Below, in pieces: positions 23,521 to 34,517 of a DNA stretch of 64,000 bases. The notes under the pieces are model-generated. The model worked only from the letters and a program-made list of their open reading frames with translations. It was not told where the DNA came from and ran no database searches. This DNA is from an uncultured Rivularia sp. (GTDB lineage Bacteria; Cyanobacteriota; Cyanobacteriia; Cyanobacteriales; Nostocaceae). A program made the position numbers and the translations under genes. Numbering within the stretch: position 1 is the first letter of the stretch; every line of letters begins with the position of its first letter. The stretch covers positions 4,032,001-4,096,000 of the forward strand of contig OY762007.1 in the NCBI GenBank assembly GCA_963665115.1. Reading direction: 5' to 3'.

Positions 23521-23718
23521 TTAGTCATCTATTCTTGGTAAATCAATATTTGGCAAAGGAGCAGGTAGCTCTTTTATAAGCTCTTGCGAATTTTGATCTG
23601 ATTTTCTAAATCCAACATTATCACCCGACTTTTTCGTTGATTTAAACCCTACATCATCACCTGACTTTTTAGTTGATTTTAGCCCAAAATTATCGCCCGA
23701 TTTATTATTTTTACTCAT
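23521..23718 (-). CDS. Small protein with three tandem 12-aa repeats
   Basis: KSGDNFGLKSTK/KSGDDVGFKSTK/KSGDNVGFRKSD; several synonymous differences between units. Confidence 0.6.
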   Translation of the reverse strand: MSKNNKSGDNFGLKSTKKSGDDVGFKSTKKSGDNVGFRKSDQNSQELIKELPAPLPNIDLPRIDD

Positions 23719-23842
23719 AAAAACTTAAGAATTATTTAGTAAGATTGTAACGTGTTCATTTCGAGCAATGAATTATGATTTGTGTCCTATTTAGCTTGTT
23801 TTATTAATTGTTTTATGACCAGTAGTAAATAGTTAAGTAGCA

Positions 23843-23917
23843 GTAGGTTGGGTTGAGGAACGAAACCCAACATTATGAAGACTTTGTTGGGTTTCACTCC
23901 GTTCAACCCAACCTACG
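23843..23917. repeat. REP-like inverted repeat pair (GTAGGTTGGGTT...AACCCAACCTAC)
   Basis: Two inverted GTAG-initiated hairpin units. Confidence 0.8.
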
Positions 23918-24404
23918 ATTTTCTTTAACTAAAGGACATTCACCTTTTCTTAAGTCAAGCTCACCACCTAAAAGCTTCAACCGCAGTGATAAAGGAGAAC
24001 AGCCTGAAAGTTCCAGCACTATCTTTATCGCTAAGATTATCCCAACAACGGATATAAGCATTCTTCCAAAGGGAATAGAAAGCCTAGAGAGGTTGTTTTT
24101 TAGTTTTTTTGACTTGTTTACCATAGTTAAATTTTTTCTGTTTCCAAGCGTTTTCCTTATTTTTCCTAGCAAGCTCGATATCTTGCAGGTAAGACTTACT
24201 TGTTTTATAAGCTGCTTTCTTTACGAGCTAGAAAGTTCGCTTAATAAGCGAACTTTCTAGGGATAGCTTATAGATTTAGTATTCCGTGTTAATGCAGTAA
24301 TAAAAAATTAGTCAATTGCCGCCAAATGGCGGCGAGATTTATTTCAATCTGTGAAATTACGCGAACTAGAAATATAATTATTTAAAATTTTAAAATTAAT
24401 TATT

Positions 24405-24900
24405 TAACCCGCGTTCAGCGAAGCTGCGGCTCAGGCGGGTTTTGCCTGTGTAGACAAGCCACTGCGTTGCGGGGGTTCCCCCCGTTGTAGCAAGTGGCGT
24501 GCGGTTTCAACCGCCAGATTATATCTAATGACGGTATTTAATCGGCTTGTAGGTTGGGTTAGACACGATTTACCGTCTTTCGTTCATAACGCAAATTTTT
24601 AATGATCGTGTCGTAACCCAACATTACTTTATTGAGACATTTAAAAATACCCTAGAAAGAATTTGTTGGGTTACAGCGCCAATATAATTTCTTGTTGAGC
24701 ATTGTTATTCTTCGTGCGCTTAACCCAACCTACGAACTCCTTCCCAACCAGTGGAAAAGAGCATTTAAAATTATTTTATTCAACCCGCGTTCACCTTTAT
24801 GTGCGGCTCAGGCGGGTTTTGCTTTGTGTAGACAAGCCACTGCATTGCGGGGGTTCCCCCCGTTGTAGCAAGTGGCGTGCGGTTTCAACCGCCAGATTAA
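24405..24900. repeat. Composite: ~115 bp direct repeats flanking a REP-like GTAGGTTGGGTTA...TAACCCAACCTAC element
   Basis: 24405-24521 matches 24782-24899; REP-like element at ~24549-24733. Confidence 0.85.
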
Positions 24901-24920
24901 TTAATCAACCCTTGGATAAT

Positions 24921-25973
24921 CTAAAAAAACCACCCATAAGAATGCAATCCCTTACCCAGCAAGTTAACTCCCAAATAACAAACCCAAACTGCAACAAACC
25001 CCGTAGCCGCCAAAATTGCCGGACGACGACCTTGCCAACCCTTAGTAATCCGAGCGTGAAGATAAGCTGCAAATACCAACCAGCAAATCAATGCCCAGGT
25101 TTCTTTGGGGTCCCAACTCCAATAAGAACCCCATGCTTCATTAGCCCAAACTGCACCAGCAATAATACCAATTGTCAAGAGGGGAAAACCCAACCCGATA
25201 ATACGGTAGCTGATATTATCTAAAGTTTCTGCAAGACTTAATCTCTGAGGAGAAAGAGTTTCTCCAGAATCGATAGTTGATGCTGAAGTTTCTAAACGCT
25301 GTGCAACTGCTGTCGCTGTTTTACCATTACTGTTGGTTTGCACGGGAGAAAAACCGTTGTTTTCAAAAGCAAATGCATTGGGTTCGGTAACTAATTCACC
25401 GGCTTTGTGCAAGCGATAACCGTTGCTGCGATAGCCACCGTTACCAACGGAACTACCTTGAAGCTGCACAGGTTGTCCTTTTGTAACGATCAGAAATGCT
25501 ACTGCGATTAAAGAACCTACCATCAAAGCCGAATAACTCAACATCATCACGCTGACGTGCATCATCAACCAGTTTGATTTGAGTGCGGGTACTAATGGTT
25601 CTGAAATTTGCATTTCTGAAGGAAGCGTTAGTGCAGCGAAAGCGCTGATTCCCATCGCGACAGGAGAAGTCGCAACTCCTACCAAACGGCTGCGGCTACT
25701 GTATTCAGCAATTAAATGAACCGTGGTGATTCCCCAAGCCAAGAAAAACAAAGATTCATATAAATTGCTGAGAGGGAAATATCCACCTTCCAACCATCTT
25801 GCACCAAGTAAAGCTGCCATACACAAATTGGCGATCGCCATTCCAGCGGTTCCCAAGCCAGCCAATATCGGTATATTGGGGAAAGCTGCTCCTACCCAAT
25901 AAATCAACATTGTCAGAAACAGGACGAGGAAGGAAGCATTATCAAGCCAATTTTGGAGTACAACTAAATCCAT
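24921..25973 (-). CDS. ccsB: Cytochrome c biogenesis protein CcsA/CcsB (system II)
   Basis: WWD motif [41 protein letters not shown]. Confidence 0.96.
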   Translation of the reverse strand: MDLVVLQNWLDNASFLVLFLTMLIYWVGAAFPNIPILAGLGTAGMAIANLCMAALLGARWLEGGYFPLSNLYESLFFLAWGITTVHLIAEYSSRSRLVGVATSPVAMGISAFAALTLPSEMQISEPLVPALKSNWLMMHVSVMMLSYSALMVGSLIAVAFLIVTKGQPVQLQGSSVGNGGYRSNGYRLHKAGELVTEPNAFAFENNGFSPVQTNSNGKTATAVAQRLETSASTIDSGETLSPQRLSLAETLDNISYRIIGLGFPLLTIGIIAGAVWANEAWGSYWSWDPKETWALICWLVFAAYLHARITKGWQGRRPAILAATGFVAVWVCYLGVNLLGKGLHSYGWFF

Positions 25974-26104
25974 AAAAGTGTTCTCCCCATTAAAATTACT
26001 ATAATTTTTTATCTTACTGTCTTTCAAACTTTTACTTAGAAGAGGCAGCAATCACTTAATATTTCCGCCTCTTCTAGCTTATCTTTAATTTGTCTTCTAC
26101 TTTC

Positions 26105-27847
26105 CTATTCGCTTTTTTCTTTAGGAATCGGAAGCACAACTGGTTTCTCACCTTTCTTCAATTTCAGTAAAATATCATAGCGAGTAGTGCGACTATCGGT
26201 AACGGCAGTTGTTACACCAACTGAATTTAAGGCATTGAGAAAACTCTGTTGATCTGGAAATAAAGCTGGTAAAGACAAACTTTTAGCCGCTCCTTCCATA
26301 TCTAAGAAAAACTGAGTATTTGTAGGATCGAGTTCTGATGGTACTGCTTTCTGAAATGAAGCAGCGTTTGCTAAAATATTTTTTGGTTTGGGAATAATTT
26401 TATCGGTTATAGGAGTTCCCAAGGTTAAAAAAGCAATATCTCCATCTAACCAACCGTGAGTAGCAGTTAATGTTCCTGATGGCCCAACCCACCTCGTAAC
26501 GGGTATTTCGCCGACTTTATCGTCTTTAATTTTGAACTGGTACTGAGTTCTCATCGCTTCATCTAACTGTTTTAAAGATGCTTCCGCTTTAAGGCGATCG
26601 CTAGCCTGTACCATAAAGACTAAAGCGGCGCGAACGTCTTGAGGAAATTCTTGATTTGGGATTTGAGGAACAACAGAGACTACAAATTCACCTCCCATCC
26701 AGCTAAGTAAATCTCGATCTAGATCGAGACTAGTGATGTTCTTAAATCCACCTCTTAACTTTTCTGGCTTGACGGGTGAAAGGGGATTTTTCTGAGCAGT
26801 TAAAACGTAATCAGCCCAAGTTCTACGCAGGTTTCCACCAGAGAACATCATTAAAGTTTCCGTCGGTAAACGAGTTGTCATAGTAGTAGCTTTATTTTCC
26901 ACCGCTAAAACTCTTCGGCTGCTAGGTTTTAACCAAGATACTCCTTTTAAACGCAATCCTTCCGATTCTACGCTGACAGTTCCTGCTAAACCTTGATTGT
27001 TTTTCAGTTGCGCTAAAACTTGCGCTGGTAAGCCACGTTTGGCAGAAGTTGTACTTGCTATTTGGGCAGCAGAGGGAACATTAACGTAAAATTGGGCAAG
27101 GGGCTGATAAGTAGCTATTTTGGGCAAATGTTTGGCAAAACCGTTACTGTTAGCCAGAGTTGCTTTACCAATGTACGCTTCAATAGTTCTTTCTGTAGCT
27201 TTGGGATTATCTGCAATAACTAAGAAGCGTTCTTCTATTACAGCAGTAGATAATTTTTCTCCCGAATTTGTTTGTGCTTCTTTAATCGTAATACCTTCAT
27301 ACTCTCGCTCAACCCACTTTCCTTTGAGAGCTTTGGGTTGTGCAAAGGCTGTTTGAATTTTTTTTCGATCCTTGATTGGAAAAACCATTACCAGCGACTG
27401 TTCCACGGTGGCTAACTTCCCATCGCTAGCTACTGGTTTAGATGCAGTTATTGGGACCTTGGGAGCTAAAAATGCAATAGTTACTCGATCGCCAACCCAA
27501 GGGCTGACATCTTTCTTGAAATCAAAACCATCTTTTGCTAGAAAGCGATCGCGCCACTGGATTAAATTTTTATCTAATGCGGCTTGACTTTCTTTAGTTC
27601 CAAAAGAACGTAGTTTTTCCCATTGACTAGAATCCGTACTTAAAGAAACCGTAAATAGGGTATCTTGGGGAATAATATTAGCACCTACAGGCAAATCTCT
27701 GGACAAAGGTTTTCCCTGAGTCAAAAGCCAGTAAGCTGCTATCCCACCACCAATTAGTAAACCCGCTCCGGAAAGCGTTAAAACTAAAGATGGTTTCTTT
27801 TTTTTCTTACCAGAAATAGACACGACAGGCACTGTCATTGAAACCAA
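26105..27847 (-). CDS. DUF3352-type membrane-anchored protein
   Basis: N-terminal basic patch and TM helix; DV.PWVG and DLLSWMGGE motifs. Confidence 0.75.
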   Translation of the reverse strand: MVSMTVPVVSISGKKKKKPSLVLTLSGAGLLIGGGIAAYWLLTQGKPLSRDLPVGANIIPQDTLFTVSLSTDSSQWEKLRSFGTKESQAALDKNLIQWRDRFLAKDGFDFKKDVSPWVGDRVTIAFLAPKVPITASKPVASDGKLATVEQSLVMVFPIKDRKKIQTAFAQPKALKGKWVEREYEGITIKEAQTNSGEKLSTAVIEERFLVIADNPKATERTIEAYIGKATLANSNGFAKHLPKIATYQPLAQFYVNVPSAAQIASTTSAKRGLPAQVLAQLKNNQGLAGTVSVESEGLRLKGVSWLKPSSRRVLAVENKATTMTTRLPTETLMMFSGGNLRRTWADYVLTAQKNPLSPVKPEKLRGGFKNITSLDLDRDLLSWMGGEFVVSVVPQIPNQEFPQDVRAALVFMVQASDRLKAEASLKQLDEAMRTQYQFKIKDDKVGEIPVTRWVGPSGTLTATHGWLDGDIAFLTLGTPITDKIIPKPKNILANAASFQKAVPSELDPTNTQFFLDMEGAAKSLSLPALFPDQQSFLNALNSVGVTTAVTDSRTTRYDILLKLKKGEKPVVLPIPKEKSE

Positions 27848-28822
27848 TACCTCATAAAACCGAACTTTTCAATTACTTTATTGATACAGCTAACCAAAAA
27901 TTATTCTTTATATCTAGGGTTGCCGATTACACTAAGAAAATTAATCTAACAGTTAAATTACCATTGGCAGTTTTAGTCGCTTTATCTGTGTTCAACTGCA
28001 AATATGTAGTAAGAACTACAATTTTTGATTATTTCCCTTAACTGTGGTAGTTCCATGCTTTTAATCGACCTCCGCAGCAAGTTTAACACTATCTATAAAA
28101 CCAAACACTACCACGATTGAAAAAATGTCAGATAAAAATACTTACCACATTGATTCACTTAGACAGTTGCTTTATTATTTATTTTGATGCCGAGCCACAG
28201 TTTATAACGATTGGGAAATGCTGTTTTCGGTAATATCAAAAATAATCTTAATATCAAAGTCAAAGAAGTAAGTAAAAGACTTTGATGCTGGAGATAGTGC
28301 TTTGCACGAATTTAGATAATATACGATCGATTACAGAAAACACTGCTATTTATATACAACAGTTTATAATTATTCCAGTATTTTCATTGCTTCTCTATCT
28401 ATTTCAGGAATTATACAAGCTTCCGCCAAAAAAGCAGGATTGCAGGCATTTTAACATCTGAAATAATTAATTTTTGTACAAAGACTTTTAGCTCCTCCCA
28501 CTTTAAAGCTATAACCTTGTTTTGACAAAAAAAATTATGCTTGATAGACATTGGCTGTCATCTTTTTATTGCTGATTCACAACTATTTAATCAGGGGCGG
28601 TACCCCCTACTCAATTGAGATATTAGCCGAAGTTGAAACAAATAATTAATAAAGTCTGTAGTAAGGGCTGAAGCCTTTAATCAAAGGACAGGCATTCCTT
28701 ACTACAAACCATTTAAAATTAATGAAATGAACTATTAGGTGCGGCTCATCATATGTTAATAGAAACGTAGAACGCGAATATTTTCAATAAATTACCGGAA
28801 AATACCAGACGAAAGCAAACCG

Positions 28823-29431
28823 TTAAACCTTGCTATTTCCTAAATATTTAGTCAAATGAGGCGAAAACACCTCGTAAATCAACGTCAACGGCTGTCCGTG
28901 ATGCCAAAATAAATAGTGTCGTCCCCAGAAAGGACCTTTTTGATTAAACCCCAATTCCAAAGCAGGAGAATAACCGTAGTAAATTCCTTGAACATCTCGA
29001 TATAATTCAGTACGCAGACGCGCTAAACTTGCCCAAATCGTTAACGAACGGTTTTGCAAATATTCATCCACATGAGATGCTTCCCACCATGAAGCTGCAT
29101 AAGCCAAAATTTGACCGCTAGCAGTACGCAACCAAACCTGTCTCCGCAGTCTCGGCCCCGGTACTACCTGCATCAAATCAGGAGCATTATCGGAATCCAT
29201 GCCAATTAATGACATATCGATAACGTCTACTTCCGTTGGTTCGCTTGTCAATAACTTCAAGTGTCGCGTAGGAGAACCATCACCCAACAGCAATAACTGC
29301 CAACTCGGAGCTAGCCTACTATGAGGTAAACCTTGTTGAACTACCTCTTCTCCACCTTGCCAAATAGCATCTAATCTATGCCACGAGCAAGGTAAAATAA
29401 AATCTTCTTTCTCTGAAAAAGTTGCAGTCAA
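28823..29431 (-). CDS. Chorismate pyruvate-lyase (UbiC-like, DUF98/Ycf21)
   Basis: LLLGDGSPTRHL, RRQVWL, LAYAASWW, IYEVFSP. Confidence 0.85.
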   Translation of the reverse strand: MTATFSEKEDFILPCSWHRLDAIWQGGEEVVQQGLPHSRLAPSWQLLLLGDGSPTRHLKLLTSEPTEVDVIDMSLIGMDSDNAPDLMQVVPGPRLRRQVWLRTASGQILAYAASWWEASHVDEYLQNRSLTIWASLARLRTELYRDVQGIYYGYSPALELGFNQKGPFWGRHYLFWHHGQPLTLIYEVFSPHLTKYLGNSKV

Positions 29432-29482
29432 TGCTCTGCTCTTTACAATACTTTACCGCCCTTCTATGAAAGCACAAATTTG

Positions 29483-29552
29483 GAGTAGGGAGTAGGGAGT
29501 AAGGAGTGGAGAGTAGGGAGTAGGGAGTGGAGAGTAGGGAGTAGTGAGTAGG
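29483..29552 (+). repeat. STRR heptamer tract (GGAGTAG)
   Basis: Tandem 7-nt units. Confidence 0.9.
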
Positions 29553-29608
29553 GGAAGAATAATTTATTGCTAACTCCTTACTATTTTTGGTGATTTTCCA
29601 TTAAAAAA

Positions 29609-29690
29609 TGCGGATGGCGAGACTCGAACTCGCAAGGCCAAGGCCACACGCCCCTCAAGCGTGCGCGTATACCAATTCCGCCACATCCGC
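29609..29690 (-). tRNA. trnL: tRNA-Leu(GAG)
   Basis: GCGGATG/CATCCGC acceptor stem, CACGC-TTGAGGG-GCGTG anticodon arm, long variable arm, GTTCGAGT T-loop. Confidence 0.97.
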
Positions 29691-30123
29691 ATGAATATTT
29701 TATTTATCTAGAAATGAAGTATAGCACAACAAAAAAAATATAGTAAGAAGTTGCGAAATAGTAGAAAAAATTATTGCCTTCGTTGCATATAATTGTCCGA
29801 TCGAGATAACTTGCAGACAGAAATTTAATCGAACACAAGTCATATTAAGAACGATTGCGACTATGGCAACTCAAATAAAATGTCTTCCTTCCAACCGGAG
29901 ATGCGTATAATTGTTAACCGACTGAGTTATTTCTTAATACTGGTTGCGTTAACTTAGACAAACAATATATTTAAAATGCCTTATGGATGGTTCGTTATAG
30001 CCGAGGGTTCTGCTAACAAAACGTATAAATCTCTAGTCAAATTTTGAAACAAAGCAAAAGTCTTTTTCTAAATTTGACTGTTGAGAAATGTCAATCTACA
30101 GCAACGATATAGAAATTACAAAC

Positions 30124-31474
30124 ATGAATTTTGACAAAATATTAATTGCTAATCGAGGGGAAATAGCACTTCGCATTCTCCGTGCTTGTGAGGAAATGGG
30201 AATTGCGACTGTTGCAGTACACTCTACTATTGACCGTAATGCTCTTCACGTACAGCTTGCTGATGAAGCGGTTTGTATTGGTGATGCTGCAAGCAGTAAA
30301 TCCTATTTAAATATTCCTAATATTATTGCTGCTGCTTTAACGCGCAATGCCAGCGCGATTCATCCTGGCTATGGGTTTTTGGCGGAAAATGCCCGTTTTG
30401 CTGAAATTTGTGCTGACCATCATATTGCTTTTATTGGTGCCTCACCTGAAGCAATTCGCAGGATGGGGGATAAATCCACAGCTAAGGAAACTATGCAAAA
30501 AGCAGGTGTCCCTACGGTACCGGGTAGCGATGGTTTGCTCGTTTCTGAGGAAGAAGGATTAAAAAGCGCCAAGGAAATCGGCTATCCAGTGATGATTAAA
30601 GCCACGGCTGGCGGTGGTGGAAGAGGTATGCGATTAGTGCGATCGCCTCAAGAATTCACTAAGTCTTTTCGAGCCGCTCAAGGGGAAGCGGAAGCTGCAT
30701 TCGGTAATGGAGGAGTTTATCTCGAAAAATTTATCGAACGTCCCCGTCATATTGAGTTTCAGATTTTAGCTGATAATTACGGCAATGTAATTCATTTAGG
30801 CGAGCGCGATTGCTCGATTCAGCGACGTAACCAAAAACTTCTAGAAGAAGCCCCAAGTCCGGCACTTAATGACGAATTGCGCTCTAAGATGGGAGAAGCT
30901 GCTGTCAAAGCCGCAAAGTTTATTAATTATACTGGTGCGGGTACGGTAGAGTTTTTGCTCGACAATAAGGGCGATTTCTACTTTATGGAAATGAACACCA
31001 GAATTCAGGTGGAGCATCCCGTCACGGAAATGATTACCGGGATTGATTTAGTTGTCGAACAAATTCGCGTTGCAATGGGAGAAAAACTTAGCGTCACTCA
31101 AGACGAAGTTATTTTGCGGGGTCATGCAATCGAATGTCGCATCAATGCAGAAGACCCCCGACCACGATTTTCGCCCTTGTCCCGGACGTATCAGCGGCTA
31201 TCTTCCCCCTGGAGGCCCCGGTGTTCGGATCGATTCCCACATTTACACCGATTATCAGATACCTCCTTACTACGATTCGTTAATCGCAAAATTAATTGTT
31301 TGGGCACCCGACCGTCCTACCGCAATCAAGCGGATGAAACGCGCTCTCAGGGAATGTGCCATTACCGGACTAACTACCACCGTTGGCTTTCATCAAAAAG
31401 TGATGGATATTCCGCAGTTTTTGGAAGGTAATGTCTATACCAATTTCATCGAAGAAATCAAAAATTCACTTTAA
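30124..31474 (+). CDS. accC: Acetyl-CoA carboxylase biotin carboxylase, apparent +1 frameshift near 31155
   Basis: [34 protein letters not shown] joins DHDFRP.PG in the next frame (extra C in gaCCCCCga). Confidence 0.95.
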
Positions 31475-31764
31475 TTGGTGCGAGCCAGCATGGTCAGCAA
31501 TCCCTGCTGACCTAATAGGATTTCTCGTGCCAAACTGAATATTCCTACCCAAATAATCGGTGTAATATCCACACCACCGATCGGAGGTACCAGTTTTCGC
31601 AACACTACTAAAAACGGTTCTGTTGGAAAAGCAATGATATTAAAGGGAAAACGATTCAGTTCGGCTTGGGGATACCAAGTTAGAATAATTCGGAAAATAA
31701 ATAAAAACGTCATCAACCCTAGTAAAAGGCTGAGAATCAAATTGGTAACGTTAAGGGTACTCAT
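31471..31764 (-). CDS. YggT family membrane protein
   Basis: RIILTWYP...TEPFL..R..VPPIGGVDITP. Confidence 0.9.
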   Translation of the reverse strand: MSTLNVTNLILSLLLGLMTFLFIFRIILTWYPQAELNRFPFNIIAFPTEPFLVVLRKLVPPIGGVDITPIIWVGIFSLAREILLGQQGLLTMLARTN

Positions 31765-32075
31765 GATTGGAATTTACTGTTTATCTGAAGAAAATCTTTA
31801 AGATTTGTAAAGTCTTTGTACTATTTTATCGGTAAACAAGTTCCGATACAGTCTTATTCTCATACAAAGAAACCCAGTTTTGACAATCATGGTGAATTAT
31901 GAATGGCTGCTTATTCATCGATCAACCGGGTTTGCTGAGTTTAGCGCTTGCTAGTATCGATTTATAAAATCACTAAATTTGAATTGACAAGTGAGCGATT
32001 GAAGATTAAGGCTTAATGAACTACCCCGCCTCATAGGAGGGCGGGGTTTCTAAAACCCTAACCTCCGGTGAGGAC

Positions 32076-33398
32076 TTACGCCCGTTTTGAACGCTTCCTT
32101 TGCTGTAGTTGCTTGAAAGAACCTGTATCCTTACGGTTACACTTCTTAGAAGTAGAGCTACGAACATCCACGTTTACGAGGGCTATTCCATCCCCCGGTT
32201 GCCCTGAGACAGCTGTTTGATACATCACCAGCGCAGAGCCTTTATCACGCTCAATTTCAAACCCGCAGCTATCACAAACATGATAACGGTTTGATAAATC
32301 TGCCCATTGTTTATGAACTTTTCCACAATTAGGGCAACGCTGAGATGGCTTCAATTTCTTGGTATCGAGAATCAGCAATAAACCGCCTTTAGCCTCAATT
32401 TTGTAGCTAATCATTTTATTTAGAGCGGACATCCCCACATCTAAAACGGATTTATTCAGTCCTGCTTTTTGTCTTTTACGCTTATTTCCTTTCTTGGCTT
32501 TACGAGTCATGTTTTTGACCTGTAACTCTTCAGTAACGCCGATGTCATAACGACTTGCAATATCTGACGTTATCTGATGTTGCCAATTCTTGCGCTGGTA
32601 ACAAACTTTACGCTGCAATTTAGAAACAGCTTTTCTTGCTTTCCTCCAGCGCTTAGAAGGTTTTATATTTAACTTTGAGTTTGGCGCGGTTTTACGCCGC
32701 ATCTTTTTAGATTTACGTTTAATTTCTTGTTCCGAATTACGAATAAAACGAGGATTTGATAGTTCGCTATACTCCTTACCATCGTAAGTTGTCAGAGCCG
32801 TTGTTGTACCTAAATCGTATGCAATAATCGATTCGTACTCTAATTCGCTCGGAGAGCCGAATTTAGACTCAATACTTGGAACATCAACTGTAAAAGATGC
32901 GTACCATTCGTCAGAATTGGAACGATAAACAATGGTCAATGTAGTAGGCGTACCCCATTGTTTAGCTTTACCGCGCATTCTTATTGATAAGCCTAAATCT
33001 CTTAGTTCTACCGAACCATGTTTACCATTGGTATAAACTTTCCAACCAGCGAACCCAGGGTAAGTCCAACCACTGTAGTTACGTAGTGGCTTGAATTTTG
33101 GACGTTTACGCAATCCTTTGAAAAATGCTTGAAATGCCAAATCAACACGTTTTACTGTAGATTGCAAGGCTTGAGAGCCTAAAGGCGCAAATTCTGGGTT
33201 ATCTTTCTTAAATTCAGGTAATTTATTTTGCTGATCGTAATATTTTAGACTCCTACTTTCTGTTTCCCACGCATACTTGCGACCAGCTAGACAAGCATTG
33301 TAGAGGTATTGATGCATCCGTCTTGCCTTGAACAATTGACGCTCTTGAGCTTTTTTTGGGTACAGTCGAAATGTTTGTCTTCTAGTCGCCATATACAT
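32076..33398 (-). CDS. tnpB: RNA-guided endonuclease TnpB
   Basis: FRLYP N-terminus; RuvC D (AYDLG), E (VTEEL), D (ERD); CPNC..CDSC Zn finger. Confidence 0.93.
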   Translation of the reverse strand: MYMATRRQTFRLYPKKAQERQLFKARRMHQYLYNACLAGRKYAWETESRSLKYYDQQNKLPEFKKDNPEFAPLGSQALQSTVKRVDLAFQAFFKGLRKRPKFKPLRNYSGWTYPGFAGWKVYTNGKHGSVELRDLGLSIRMRGKAKQWGTPTTLTIVYRSNSDEWYASFTVDVPSIESKFGSPSELEYESIIAYDLGTTTALTTYDGKEYSELSNPRFIRNSEQEIKRKSKKMRRKTAPNSKLNIKPSKRWRKARKAVSKLQRKVCYQRKNWQHQITSDIASRYDIGVTEELQVKNMTRKAKKGNKRKRQKAGLNKSVLDVGMSALNKMISYKIEAKGGLLLILDTKKLKPSQRCPNCGKVHKQWADLSNRYHVCDSCGFEIERDKGSALVMYQTAVSGQPGDGIALVNVDVRSSTSKKCNRKDTGSFKQLQQRKRSKRA

Positions 33399-33624
33399 AT
33401 CACCTCCTTGATTTGCGTGACGAATAACTATACTTTACCCATTCCTTAATTTCATCAAATTCTTTTTGTGCTGAGTGCTTACTTTCACAATAAATCTTCC
33501 ATAAATCTTTTCCTAAAATATCCTCAAATAAAACTTCAAATCTTCTGTCATATTGATTCCAAATGCCATTGAGTTTTGGTTTATATCTACCTATAAATTT
33601 TTGTTCTAATTCGTCTAATATCTC

Positions 33625-34003
33625 TAAATATCGTAGAAAAGTATTCACCGAGGCAATGATTGAGGACATGAAAGGTGTGTTTAGTAGAGTACTTGAGGCG
33701 AATAAATCAAAGCTTGAAGATTGCAATGGGGAACCCGATCGCGTACATTTATTGGTAGATTTGCATCCAGACAATAAAATTTCTGACTTGGTAGCATCTC
33801 TCAAATCAGCTAGCAGTAGAGTGATAAGAGAAAAATATAAGCCAGAAGTTGATAAGCACTATTGGGGAAAAGCTAAACTATGGCATGACTCAAAATGTAT
33901 CGTTTCTTGTGGCGGCGCACCATTAGAAAAGGTCAAGCAATACATACAGGGTCAGTCCGGCGGGAGATTGTCAAAAAAGGGGACATCGAATCCCCTTCAA
34001 TGA
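33625..34003 (+). pseudogene. tnpA: 5'-truncated IS200-type Y1 transposase TnpA
   Basis: KYRRKVF, GEPDRVHLL (HUH first His changed to Arg), LKSASSR, LW, SCGGAPLE.VKQYI; native N-terminus missing. Confidence 0.8.
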
Positions 34004-34117
34004 AGCGGCTATCCATCCCCACCGTTTAGACAGATGGGGAATTCCGCCGTTTTATTAAAATTCATTTCATGGTATTAAAATTAAGTAAGGAAGAATGTAA
34101 AAAAAAAGGTTGTAACC

Positions 34118-34237
34118 ATGACTCCCTCTTTAGCAAATTTTCTTTGGAGCTTAGCCTGGGGTGCTGCGATTTTTGTAATCCCCGCAACAGTGGCATTAAT
34201 TTTCATTAGTCAAAGAGATAAAATCCAACGTTTCTAG
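34118..34237 (+). CDS. psbX: Photosystem II protein PsbX (below the ORF-track cutoff)
   Basis: [39 protein letters not shown]; sits upstream of ycf66. Confidence 0.95.
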   Translation: MTPSLANFLWSLAWGAAIFVIPATVALIFISQRDKIQRF

Positions 34238-34517
34238 AATTCGTTTGGAGGCGTAGGAGACTACGTTTCTTGAAGATAACAACAATTTATCTACTGATTG
34301 TTAACTTGACTGGGTTTTAACCATTTCTCTCACAGAGGACAAGTTATACTTAACTGAAACGCCCAGTCTTGTGAACTTTAAGCAACAATGTAAAGACGCG
34401 GTATTGAATAGCTCCCGTTCGGAGTCAGGCAATTCGCGTCTTTATATTTGTATTTGCTTGCTGTAGAGATTTTAATTACGACTCGCTAACATAGATTTGA
34501 TATCGGGATAAAGAACA

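Larger units (their letters stand above)
32016..34056. mobile_element. IS200/IS605-family element, IS605-type divergent tnpA/tnpB, tnpA defective; ends approximate
   Basis: Subterminal hairpins ccccgcctc-ata-gaggcgggg (32024-32047) and tccccaccgt...agatgggga (~34016-34040). Confidence 0.85.

Noticed and set aside
23903..24172. 89-aa ORF with one hydrophobic segment
   Set aside because: Weak start, ends in a REP-like repeat and has no recognisable family; cannot be supported or excluded
24702..25223. 173-aa plus-strand ORF
   Set aside because: Made of repeat DNA and the antisense of ccsB
27848..28822. Long AT-rich intergenic region (also 8733-9489 and 54841-55533)
   Set aside because: No convincing ORF, repeat or RNA structure found by eye; long intergenic regions are common in these genomes
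31140..31170. Programmed frameshift in accC
   Set aside because: No slippery heptamer or stimulator seen, and the same +1 homopolymer pattern occurs in three other genes
33630..33804. N-terminal part of the 33400..33804 ORF as a real gene
   Set aside because: It is the antisense of tnpA; only the portion below ~33630 looks like independent coding sequence
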